Shown here piece by piece: positions 22,152-34,891 of a stretch of DNA of 64,000 bases. Under the pieces are notes generated by a model. It had not been told where the DNA came from. It did no database searches and saw nothing but the letters and a program-made list of their open reading frames with translations. Location of the stretch: assembly GCA_043228905.1 (NCBI GenBank), contig JBHGNT010000006.1, positions 14,384,001 through 14,448,000 of the forward strand, in the 5' to 3' direction. Origin of the DNA: Azolla caroliniana. Its lineage: Eukaryota > Plantae > Polypodiophyta. A program made the translations under genes and the position numbers. Positions within the stretch are counted from its first letter, which is position 1, and each line of letters starts with the position of its first letter.

Positions 22152-25100
22152 AGAACGTAATTTCGAAAATTATATCAAGACTCTACTATATTTCACACTG
22201 TGCTAAGTAGCACTATTTATACAAGTCCTCTTGGGACTGACAGAAGTACCATGTACTTCAATGCTCACATGAGCATCTGACACTTACTACGAGACTATAG
22301 ATACCTAGTAGTCTATCCTATTCTAGGCTTTCGATTGGACTGCCGGTTACGGATTGCACCCGGCCTCCACTACTTGCCGGTTCGGTTGCTCACCGTCATA
22401 CCGATCCGTTTCGCCCGATCCGTCTCGCTTACCGGCTCCGGCTTATTCAGCCGATCCGGCTTCGGTTGAGCTTGCCGCTCAACACTCCCCCTCAAGCTCA
22501 ACTTGAGGTGGGGTCGTAGTGTCGACCTCTGTGGCAGTCGATTCTTTCAACCGACTTCTCCTGGCGTCAGTCCGCCTTGCTCGCGCTCCTCATTCGGTCC
22601 GGTCCCGTTTGCCGCGACCCCTTTGGTTCTGCGCGCCTCGACCCTCTCGGTCGGCATGTCTACTCAATAGGCCCATCTCAACAGTCACGTTGCTGTGACT
22701 CCGGTGCTTGCCGATCCGTCGGTTCTCCCACGATGGCATCGACTTCCGCCGTGTCCGTGTCCCCTTGGTCTTCAGTCGATCCGACTCATCCGGATCCATC
22801 TATTGATCCGAGTCAGCTGTCTCCGACTCGTTCCAGCTCTTGTCCGAATCGGTACACTCCGATTCGACTTCCAGCTTCAGGCCTCTCACCACATCGGACC
22901 ACTTCCGTGTCTTGGCCTTCTCCATGCTTCACTCGGCTTCTTCAGCCGGTGAACCGAAATCGAATTCTTCATTCGACTCCGCATCATGGTCAGTACCGTC
23001 GTGATGACCTCCGCATAGCATGCACTTCTCTTCTTGAGTGCACAACTCTTCTACACAACCGCTTGCTCCGACCTGTTCGGATGTGTCGACTTCCTTCGCC
23101 AACTCGGCTTCCTTTATCTTCTTGTCTCCTCTTCTTCCGGCTCTCCTCTTACCGACAGGTTCAATAGTTTGTTGGCCTTTGCCCGTTTCGGTAGAGACTT
23201 TGTCCTTGCTTCTCCCCCTCAAGTGCGGCACGTCGAGATGCTGAACACCAAGCATGTCGGTAAAGTGCTACAACTTGTCCGATCCGAGCGGCTTGGTGAA
23301 GATGTCGGCAACTTTCCGATCCGTATGAACATATCGTAGGTCAACTTCACTGCTCAGGACCCGCTCATGCACGAAGTGGTAGTGCACCTCGATGTGCTTT
23401 GTGCGAGCATGGAACACGGGGTTCCTGGTGAGCTGCAGGCTGCTCATGTTATTGCAGTAAATCGGGATCGGGGTCGGTACCTCGATCCGCAAGTCTCGCA
23501 GCAGTCGCCGAAGCCAGATGGCTTCACAAGTGGCAACGGTAGCGGCCCGGTACTCAGCCTCAGTGCTTGACAAAGCCACTGTGGGCTGCTTCTTGTTGCT
23601 CCATGCAACGGCCGCGCTACCTATGGAGAACATGTATCTGGAAGTGGAGCAGCGATCAGACGCATCGCCGGCCCAGTCAACATCTGTGTAACCGGCAAGC
23701 TCTTCGGGTATACCTCGCCGGTATAGCAGTCCCCGGTCCTTAGTGCCGCTGACATACCATAATATTCTTTGCGCGCACTGCAGGTGCTCCACGGTCGGCT
23801 TCTGCATGAACTGACTTACCATGCCGACCGGATAGCTGATGTCGGGTCGGGTGATGGTTAAGTAGATCAGGCTTCCGACAACCTGTCGGAACCGTTTCTC
23901 ATTGCAGGCCGGTCCGGAGTTGGGACGGAGCTTCTGGTTCCGATCCAGGGGTGTGGAGACAGGTCGGCAATCCGACATGCCAAACTTATACAACATATTC
24001 AACACGTAATGTCGTTGTGAGAGCAATATGCTGTCGGGGGTCCGGATCACTTCGATCCCAAGAAAATAATGGAGGTCCCCCAAGTCCTTCATTTCGAATG
24101 CATTCGACAACTGCGACTTGACGCGGTTGATTTCCGGAAGACCCGGTCCGGTGATGACTAAATCATCCACATACAAGAGTATACATACTGGACCGTCAGA
24201 GCCTTGCCGGATGAACAACGAAGAGTCCGACTTAGAGAAAACAAACCCCAGCTTACGCAACCGGTGCGTGATCTTTGCGTTCCAAGCTCGGGGGGCTTGC
24301 TTCAAGCCGTAAAGCGACTTCTTCAGTTAGCATACCGCCGACTTGTTCATCTCCGAGTGAAATCCGGGGGGCTGAGTCATAAAGACTTCTTCTTCAAGCT
24401 CTCCTTGAAGGAAGGCGTTCTTCACATCCATCTGGTGAAGATGCCACCCCCTTGCCGCAGCAACCGCTAGTACCACACGAACCGTCGTCATCTTCGCCAC
24501 AGGAGCGAAGGTCTCGTCGTAGTCGATTCCGTGGGTCTGTGCGTATCCCTTCGCCACTAGCCGGGCTTTGTACCGGTTAACAAAACCGTCGGCGTTTAGG
24601 GCCTCCGAGACATACCTGCACCATCTCGTCTTCCTCTACGGTAACATTGATAGAGGCGAGTGAGTCGCAAATCTCCTTTATCCGGCCTGTGTAGTATGCC
24701 ACAGACATGTTCTTCTGTCGAACATTGCTCAACTCCTGTCTGAGTTGCAGCTTCTGGGCAGTGGTGCTTGCGGCGAAAACCTTTTTCAAGTTCCCCCAAG
24801 CATCCTTCGGTGTCTTGGCGTCACGGATGTGGCTGAGCAGCTGATCGCCAACACTGGATGCGAAGCAGTACATCACCCTGCTTGCCGCCTGTTCCCATAC
24901 CGGGAAGTCCTTGTGTGCCGAGTCTGGCGCCGCATCATTCGCTCCTTCGACATAACTCCAGTACCCGTGTCCAAGCAGGTATTGGTGCATCTTGTAAGAC
25001 CAAGATGCGTAGTTGCTCCACTCGAGCTTTTCCACCGGGAGCGACGTAGCCATGCCTCTATCCATGTCTTCTACTGTGTCTGTTTTCGACCTGTTAGGGT

Positions 25101-25199
25101 TTTCTTCTCAAGAGTAAATGTCTGCAGCAGAGGTTCTCAACCCTCGTGCTCTGATACCATGTAAACGTGAGTGTTTGCGGAAGCGTAAAACAGAGAACA

Positions 25200-25244
<45 letters not shown>

Positions 25245-25577
25245 AGAACGTAATTTCCAAAATTATATCAAGACTCTACTATATTTCACACTGTGCTAAG
25301 TAGCACTATTTATACAAGTCCTCTTGGGACTGACAGAAGTACCATGTACTTCAATGCTCACACGAGCATCTGACACTTACTACGAGACTATAGATACCTA
25401 GTAGTCTATCCTATTCTAGGCTTCCGATTGGACTGCCGGTTACGGATTGCACCCGGTCTCCACTGCTTGCCGGTTCGGTTGCTCACCGTCATACCGATCC
25501 GTTTCGCCCGATCCGTCTCGCTTACCGGCTCCGGCTTATTCAGCCGATCCAGCTCCGGTTGAGCTTGCCGCTCAACA
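22029..25577 (-). mobile_element. Internally deleted copia D (same lineage as B)
   Basis: LTRs at 22029-22484 and 25160-25577; TSD AAAGG; PBS 25148-25159; gag (24595-25065) joined directly to RT; protease and integrase missing. Confidence 0.95.
23268..24590 (-). pseudogene. pol: RT-RNase H of D
   Basis: [39 protein letters not shown]; a few stops. Confidence 0.9.
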
Positions 25578-28500
25578 AAAGGGCCAAAGGGAAAACGAGT
25601 GCTGGAAGAAGCACGCTAATTCGGACAGATCCGGATCCGGCAAAGCCGACAGAGAGAACCAACGATACTTGCACTACGCAGAAAGATCGGGAGGATCCAA
25701 AACCGGAAAAGCTAGCAACGGGCCAGCCTTGGTGATGAAACACGAGGCGCACTCGATGAAGAAGACCACTTCCAAATCTGAGGAAGTGTGGTACGTTGAT
25801 TCCGGTGCGTCGAATCACATGACGAGCCACAAAGAGTGGTTCTCCTTCTTGGAGAAACCGGAACAACAAGGAGTCGTCGAAACCGGAGACGACACTCCTC
25901 ATCCAATCGTGCATATCGGAGAAGTGCCTTTGAGCTACGTCGGACAGAAGGGGAAGTTGATGAACGTATTACACGTTTCAACTATCACGAAGAACCTGGT
26001 GTCAGTCGGTCAGATCATTGACTAGGGGATGCAGGTGCGGTTTACGCACCTTGGGTGCTTCATCGGGGAAGAGCGCCAGATTATTGCACAAGGGCGCAGA
26101 GATGGGAGGATGGTCATCCTCGACACCAATGACATCGACACCAATGACAAGCGGATCGGCCACGTCAATTACTGGAGGCTTCAAGACCTACAAACGAAAC
26201 AAGTTGCTTTCGGTTTGCCGAAGTTCAGTGGCCGGAAGGCCCAAATATATGAAGCTTGCCAACTCGGGAAGCAGCACCAGCTTCAATTCCCCACCGAAAG
26301 AAACCGTAGCTGTAACAAGCTCGACCCTATTCATTCGGATGTATGGGGACCGTCACAGAACGTTAGTCTTGGCGGGAGTCGGTATTTCGTCTCCTTCATA
26401 GACGACTACAGCCAACACACATGGATCTACCTCATTGAGCGGAAGAGCGAAGTCTTCGAGTGTTTCCGGAACCTGCAAAGTTTGGTTGAATGAGAAACGG
26501 AGAGGAAGATCAAGTGCCTGCGGTCGGATGGTGGAAAAGAATAATTTTTTCTGGCCAATTCAACAGTTATCTGCATCAAAAAGGAATTCGGAGAGAGTTC
26601 CGCTGCAGATACACACCGGAGCAAAATGGTGTGGCCGAAAGGAAGAACCGGTCGATTGTCAACGTGGCAAGGGAAATGCTGGAGGAGAAGAGCATGCCCC
26701 ATTTCTACTGGGCCGAGGTGGTCCGGACGACCGTCTATATCCAAAACCGGATCGGTGACAAGGTGTCCGTGCATGAGCTGTATTTCGGATGCAAGCCGAA
26801 TTTTAGACACCTTTGGATATTCAGTAGCATTGCATATGTGCATGTGCCGGATGAGAAGTGGAGGAAGTTGGATGCAAAGTCGAAGAAATGCATCCTGGTC
26901 GGTTACTCGCATGAGAAAAAGGGGTATAAGTGTTATAACCCCCGGACGAAGCAGGTTCGAGTTAGCCAGGATGTTGAGTTTGATGAGACGGCATCATGGT
27001 ATGCCTTACCGGCTCCGACTTCCGACCCTGACCCGATACTAGAGGATGAGGCTAGTGAGCCTGAACCGGTCTAGATAGAAGATGAAGACCTCGGCACTCT
27101 AGAAGAGAGTCTGATCTCATTTCGGTTAAGTGGATTGAATGAGCGGCTGAGTCGGGATGACTAGTCGGATGAGGAATCAGTGAGTAATGGAGACTTTGTC
27201 GTGCTCTCCCCGCACAAGGAACTGAGGAGACGGTTCATGCGCAAAGAGAAGGGGAAGAAGAAGATGCCGGAATACGAAACCGGCAATGTTGAGTCGGATC
27301 AGAGCGAATCCGACTCCGGCAAGGATGAAGGTGGATCTTCGGGAACGAAGTCCAAACCGGCCAAGAAGGGCCCCAAACCGGGTAAAGATAAGTTACGTCG
27401 GTCTTCTCACCAGAAGAACCCCGTGAAGCGGTATAGGTACAATGAGTACATGGTGCATCATTATGCATACATGACCAAGGTGGCGGAAGAGCTTGAGCCG
27501 GAGAGCTACGTAGAAGCGGCAAGGGACGCAAATTGGCGTGCCGCTATGGAGGAAGAAATGCGGGCACTTGATGCCAATGACACATGGGATCTCATTGACC
27601 CTCCTCGACACTCTAAACCGATCGGATGTAAGTGGGTGTACGAGGTAAAGTACAATGCCGACGGTTCGGTTAACTAGTACAAGGCCCGGTTAGTGGCGAA
27701 GGGATATGCGCAGACCCACGGAATCGACTACGAAGAGACCTTCACTCTGGTAGCGAAGATGACTATGGTTCCTGTGGTGCTGGCAGTTGCTGCGGAGAAT
27801 GGATGCGAAGAATGCATTTCTTCAAGGTGATCTTGAAGAAGAGGTCTTTATGACCCAACCCCCCGGTTTCCAGTCGGGGATGAACAAGTCGGCGGTGTGC
27901 TGGCTGAAGAAGTCACTTTATGGCATGAAGCAAGCCCCCCGAGCTTGGAATGCCAAGATCACGCACCGGTTGCGTAAGATGGGGTTTGCGGCCTCCAAGT
28001 CCGACTCTTCGTTGTTCATCCGACAAGGTCCGGACGGTTTGGTATGCATCTTGTTGTATGTCGATGATCTAGTCATTGCCGGACCCGGACTCGATGAAAT
28101 CAACCGAGTCAAGTCCCAGCTATCAGACGCATTTGAGATGAAGGACCTGGGGGACCTTCACTATTTCCTTGGGATCGAGGTCATCCGAATCCCCGACGGA
28201 ATATTGCTCTCACAAAGACACTATGTGTTGAATATGCTGTACAAGTTCGGCATGACAGACTGCCGACTGATCTCCACACCACTGGACCGGAACCAGAAGC
28301 TCCGTCCTGACTCCGAACCGGCTTGCGATGAGAGGCAGTTTCGACAAATTGTCGGAAGCCTTATATATTTGATAATCACCCGACATCAATTATTCGGTCG
28401 GCGTGATTAGCCAATATATGCAGAAGCTGACCGTGGAGCACCTTCTGTGCGCGCATTGAATTTTGCGATATATGAGCGCACGAAGGACTGGGGACTGTTA

Positions 28501-29906
28501 TACCGGCATGGTATAACCGAAGAGCTAGTCGGCTACACCAATGCCAACAGGGCCGGAGATGCCGATCCACCTCCGGCTATATGTTTTCCCTTGGTGGAGC
28601 AGCAAAAAGTAGCCAATAGTGGCCCTTTCGAGTATTGAGGCTGAATACTGAGACGCTACCGTTGCCTCCTGTGAAGCCATTTCGCTTCGGCGACTGCTGC
28701 AAATACCTGCGGATCGAGGTGCCGACCCCGATCTTGATCTATTGTGACAACATAAGCAACATGTAGCTCGCCAAGAACCCCGTATTCCATGCTCGCACAA
28801 AGCACATAGACGTGCAGTACCACTTCGTGCGTGAGCGTGTCCTGAGCTGTGAAGTCAAACTTCGGTATGTTCATACGGATCGACAAGTTGCCGACATCTT
28901 CACCAAACCGCTCGGATCGGACAAGTTGCAACACTTCACCGAAATGCTTGGTGTTTAGCATCTCGCCGTGCCACACTTGAGGGGGAGAACGGGCAAATAC
29001 ACCGGAACGAGCAAAGGCAAAGAAACTGTCGATTGCGTCGGTGAGGGCAGAACTGACCGGAAGAAGATGGCCAATACCTGGACATGGTCCGATGTGGTAA
29101 AGGGCCTGGAACCGGAAGAAGAATCGGGAGCAACCGATTTGGACAAGAGCTGGAACGAATCGGAGATAGTCGATTTGGTTCAACACACGGATTTGAAAGA
29201 ACCGGATCAATTCAAGGCCAAGAGGACAAGAAGGCAACAAAAGTCAACGCTAACCATGAAGGAATCGGCGAATCGGCAAGTGCCGAAGTCACAACAACGA
29301 GGGAGCTGATTTGGGCCTGTTGAGCAGACAAGCCGACTGAGGAGGTCGAGATGCGCGGAATCAGAAGGGTCACGACAAATGGGACTAGACCGGACGAGGA
29401 GCACGAGCAAGGCGGAGTGACGCCATAAGGAGTCGGGTGGAAGGACTGACTGCCATGGAGATTGACACTACGATCTGACCTCAAGTTGAGCTTGAGGGGG
29501 AGTGTTGGGCGGCAAGCTCAACCGGATCCGGATCGGCATCCGGAAGGATGAGCCGGATTGGTGAGCCGGTGAGCTGGGGAGCTGGTTAGCCGGATCCATC
29601 AGTAACTGGAAGCCTAGTAGCAGCCTAGATTACTAGGTAGTTAATGCCTCATAGTTAGTGTCAGACGCTTGTGTGTGCATTGAAGTACACCGTACTTCTG
29701 TCAGTCCGTATGGACTTGTATAAAAGTGTTCACTGAACACATACGATGTACATACAGAGTATTATTTTTGAATTGAGTTTTGTGCTCTCTCTCTCTCTCT
29801 CTCTATGTCTCTCCCGTGTACTGTGTATATTCAAGCTCTCCATTAAACCTGCGTATTTTCTGTGTTCGGTTTTCTATTGCTTCCGCACGCTATTCTTTAC
29901 ATTTTG

Positions 29907-31090
29907 GGCGCTATCCATGGTGAGGACATGATCGATGACTTGGTCAAGCGTCTGTTGAGAAAATCGATGAGCAACAAGGTGGTTCAGAGGGGCTCACGGA
30001 GAGCCGTAAGGAAGTTCTCCTTCAAGTTGTTGGCCCGAAGTTCTTGATCCAGTTGACGGTTTAAGTTTTGAAATCAAATCGTAAATTGAGGGACCGTTTC
30101 CTAGGGCTCCTGTGAGATGACGTAGAACTAGCTCAACAAGTCTCGCTTAGGTATTTGTCGATGAAAGAGGCGGATGAACCTCTCTTGGAGGTCCCTATAG
30201 GATGAAAACTCCCCCAAGTCATGTTGGGAGTACCAGTTTGCTACTTCCACATCGACTGACAAGCAAAACTCTGCGATCTTCGATGTCTCTGCATTAGCCG
30301 CGACCAAGTGTTGTGACACATGGTTAGCTTGCCATGTGGTGAGCAATGAGCGAACATGCACTTCCGCATTGGTTCCTGCGTTGTATCGAGGGTAAGGGTA
30401 GGTCATTGTGTCGAGGTCGGGATCCTCCCATCCCAACAAGAAGAAGTTATCTTTGGGTTGGTCGACTTCAGAGGTGTTGCTGCTAGTTGAGGCGGGATCG
30501 TGAACTACGATTGATTGGGCATCTGATTTCGAAGGTGGCGATTGCTCTGTGAGAGCAAAGTCGGCGATGTTGTCTTCCTGTTCGACACAACGGGATGTTG
30601 TCCGAGTGCATAGTCCTTTGGGACACGCCATTACGTCGACTTGGGTTTTCTCCTACGCGTGTTTGCTATGAACTCACAACGTGACCTGGGCGTGCCAAAT
30701 TGTGTTACTCCCTCATGGAGAACACCTTTGATTACCCCTTTGGGTAATCGGGTCAAGGTATGTGAAGAGTTACATGTGGAAGCTTGTAGACACAAACGGC
30801 TTAGCTGGATAACAATAGAAAGTATATCAGGTTTAATGGAAAGCTTGAAACACAAAGAGTGCGCGGGAGAGACAAAGAGAGCAAAACCACACAAAACTCT
30901 ATTGAAAAATACTCTGTACATACAATATGCTCTGTGAGCACTTTTATACAAGTTCTTAAAAGGACTAACAAAAGTACTAACAAGTACTTCAATGCCTATA
31001 CTTGTCATACATCTAGATTCGAACCTCTGACCTATAACACACTGAATACTTAGTATTGGGTAAACCATTTGAAAACCCTTAAGTAACACA
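29907..31090 (-). mobile_element. Ty3/gypsy H 5' part: LTR 30701-31090, tRNA-Arg-type PBS, gag (continues at 15141-15231 beyond B)
   Basis: TGTGTTAC...GTAACACA ends; PBS TGGCACGCCCAG at 30686-30697; retrotransposon-gag signature ANWY...F...F...Q..ETV..F. Confidence 0.8.
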
Positions 31091-31579
31091 TAAATTATAT
31101 ATCTAGTTTAATATTGTATATCTACCATATAGTACATTCAGAATATTCTAGTTTTTAGTATATTCTAGAAATATTCTATGGTATATTCTAGAGATATTCA
31201 ATCTTAGAACTTGAATAAATATGTGTGTTCACCTAGATTACAATCAAGGTGAACGACACTAGTTACAGAGTTTTTCAATTAATCAACTCATCCCTTTGAT
31301 TATCTTCTACTCTCTTGTCCATATTTTCTATCCGTGATAGTTTGTGCACCTTCCCATCCTCGTAGCTCTCCCTCTCATTAGCCGTAGCGATGTCTGACAC
31401 AACTAGTGACTTAACCCAGATAATGATAGCCTTACAACAACTCCAACTTGAAAACGAAGCTCTTCGGAATTCTTTACGAGAACTTCAAGTTGGCACCTCC
31501 CTACTCACAACCCACAGAGCCTAGTCTCCCACCACAACCTAGCCTTGAGCCCAATCTTCTACCAACATCTAGCCTAAGG
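31091..31579 (+). mobile_element. Tcn1-like gypsy fragment (LTR end and gag start)
   Basis: TATTCTAG repeats; LTR end CTATCCGTGATA resembles the end of the I LTR; ATG at 31390 reads MSDTTSDLTQIMIALQQLQLENEALR. Confidence 0.55.
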
Positions 31580-31873
31580 TGTTAGGATCGTGTTGGCCAC
31601 AAACTGTTTCGCTCCTAATGTTTGGCTGTAAAGAATCGAGATAGACAGTACACAGACAAAAAAACAAGAAGGCAGAAAAGACAAGTACAGAGACACTAGA
31701 TGTTTTACGTGGAAAACCCGAAAGGGAAAAACCATGGGGGTCCACAAACCCTGAGAAACAGAATCACTATAATGAGGGAGGAATACAAGGAGACTCAGAG
31801 GCAACAACCTTTAGCTCTTCTTCGTCAAAATGATGCCTGTAGTGTTACTCACACTCTTACACACACACACACA

Positions 31874-31924
<51 letters not shown>

Positions 31925-34891
31925 GTTACAGAGGCAACAACCTTGAGCTCTGATTACAATGGATATCACACACATCTAACTACTTGGCCTAAGTGTATAT
32001 ATAGTCATATACACAACTGACTATTTACAAATATAGCCTCCCAAATCGGTTATACAATCGATTCTTGGCCGAGGCTGATAGGACCGAATTACCCATTGGT
32101 TCCATTTGATTTGGCTCGTACTCTTCTTCCCATCTAGAGGGAACTGTTTTTCCCAACAAACTCCCCCTTCACTTCGACATGCGGTACTTCATCATTCCGA
32201 CTCTCTGTTGGCACAGGTCCGGCTCTTCGACCGACAACACTTTCGTAAGCATGTCCAACCCATTCTCTGTTGCATGCACTTTCACTAGGGCAAACTCCTT
32301 TTTTTCTACTCTCTCTTGGAGCCAATGGTATCTCCTCTAGATGTGCTTAGTCCTTGAGTGGTAGGCGGCATTCTTCGCAAGGTGGATGGTACTCTTGTTA
32401 TCGCAGTGGAGTTAGAATTCCTCTTGCCGAATTCCCAACTCTACAATGAATTCCTTCATCCAAATTATCTCCTTTCCGTCTTCCGCTGCGGCCATATACT
32501 CTTCTTCCGTGGTCGACAGTGCCACAACTTTCTGCAACCTTGACTGCCACATGAAAACTCCCCCTGCATACGTCATTACGTATCCATACGTGGATTAGCT
32601 GGTATCCGCATTGGCCAACATGTTTGAATCCGTATCACCTTCTAATGTGGGGTTACCCAAACCGATTCCGAAACACACGCTCAAGGTGCCTCTTAGGTAT
32701 TGAAGTATCCACTTGACTGCTGCCCAATCCTCTCTTCCAGGATTGCTCATATATCGGTTGACGACTCCGAAAACGTATCTAAACCAGTTGTTGCATGTAT
32801 ATCTCTTCCTCCAAATCTCCATGGAGGAAAGAAGTCTTGATGTCCAGTTGCTCAACTTCGAGATCCATCTTGGCCGCTATGTTCATCACTGTTTGGATTG
32901 ACGTCATCTTCATGATCGGGGCAAATATTTCGTCGGAATCGACACCCTTCTTCTGTTGAAATCCATTCACCTTGATTCAGACTTTATACCTGGGGGGATT
33001 CCCACCATCTCCCAGTTTCAACTTGTGTACGCACTTACTCTGGAGTGCCCTTTTCCCTTTCGGCAATTCAATAATTCGTATGTGCAGTTCTCATGCAAGG
33101 AATCCATCTCCTCTTGCATGGAACTTAACCATTTTCGGCTATGGGTATCGTGCTTAGCTTTGTCAAAGCTTTTTGGCTCCCCTTCATCGGTTAACAATAC
33201 ACGTTCTTCATCTAGAAGTCTCCAGGTGCCCCTCCTCTCTCTAAGGGGATATCTTCGGCCTCCATTTGGCACGATCGATTCTTCTTTGACTTCCTCAGCC
33301 GAGTCAAATTCGGTTCCTTGTTCGGCCGGTTCCCCTTGTTCTTCAGTCAGTTCTCAATTTTTCCAAGTATTAAATCGGGCGACTGGCTCAGATTTGATTT
33401 TGATCGAATCGACTTCTACTCGATTCGATCGAGCATCGACTATGCTTGATTCAGTAGTTGGAGACTTATTCTCAATCTCCCAATTGACAATCTTCTCCTC
33501 CTTCATGAAGATGATGTCTTGGCTCCTAATGACATTCTTCTCGGCTAAGTCCCATAGCCAATAGCTGAATTCGTCATCGTCATAGCTAAGAAAAGATACA
33601 TGGCCGAGATTTCGGATTCAGCTTACCCCTTTGGTCCTTTGCAACATGCACATAGGCAAGACAACTGAACACCCTCAAATGTCGGTATGAGGCATCTTTA
33701 CCGCTCCACACTCTTTGTGGAATATCACCATCCAAGGGTACTGAGGGTGATCGGTTTATCACATACGCTGCCGTCATCAGTGCCTCAGCCTAGAACGTCT
33801 TTGGTAACTTTGCATGTGCAAGCATACTTCGGACCCTCTCCATTACAGTTCGGTTCATTCTCCCAGCCCCATTAAGCTATGGCATCTTCGACATAGTATA
33901 CTCGAGCCGGATTCCCTATGCTTGCCAATATTCTTCGAATGGTCCGTATTACTCTCCATTGTCCGCTCGATCTGCCTTCAGTTTTCGGGTTGTTTCCCTC
34001 TCGGCCCTCGGTTGGAACTCTTTGAAGATCGCTAGCACCTGGTCCTTTGTGTTCGGCACGAAAGCCCACAACTTTCGGCTACAATCGTCTATGAAGGTCA
34101 CGAAATACTATTAACCACCATGTAACATACGTCGGTATGCATGAGTTCGAACGACATTTTCTTTCTCATCGGGGGCCTCGATCAGAAGGAGGTTTTGTTT
34201 TGCTTGCCCACTAGGAAATCAGTACACTTATCTAGATGCACTTTCTTCACCTCCGATAGGAGTTCTTTTTCGGCTAGCATATGCATTCCCTTCTGGCTCA
34301 TGTCACATAGCCTCTTATGCCACAACTCACCGGTTGTGTCAGGGCTGCCACATTCACTTCCCCTCAACATAATCGAGCATTCATTATGTATAGTGTGCTG
34401 GTTCTCTGAGCTCTAGCCATGATCAGACTTCCTTTCCAGAACTTCATGATGCCATTTTGGATGGTACCCGTGTAGCCTTCATCATCCAGCTGACCGGCTA
34501 ATATTAGATTTAGGCTGACTTCCGGAACGTGTCAAACATCTCTTAGCATTAGTCTACACCTGGTCGATGTCATCAAACACACATCTCCTACGCTGACAAT
34601 TCGGCATGCTCCTTCATTCCCCATCTTTACAAGACCGTGGGGTCCGGCTTTGTATGATGAGAAGCACTTTCGGTCGGGGGTTAGGGGAAATGATGCACCC
34701 GAATTGACCACCCATGTCGATTCTTCGCCGACGAGGTTGACTTCATTTTGTTCACTAATGAACAATAGCTCCTCTTCACTTGTGGTGATTGCTGAGGTGT
34801 TCTTTTTGTCCGGAATTTTCTTCGGCTCTACACCATTAGCTCCCCCTTTCTCCTTTCAAAAGTGTCAATAGTTCTTTTGAAAGTGTCCCGG

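Larger units (their letters stand above)
15232..29901 (+). mobile_element. Full-length decayed Ty1/copia B (Bryco-like), host of C and D
   Basis: 399-bp LTRs at 15232-15630 and 29503-29901; TSD TTTTG; PBS TGGTATCAAAGTGC at 15631; gag, protease (WYVDSGASNHMT), integrase, RT and RNase H remnants; PPT at 29492-29502. Confidence 0.95.
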
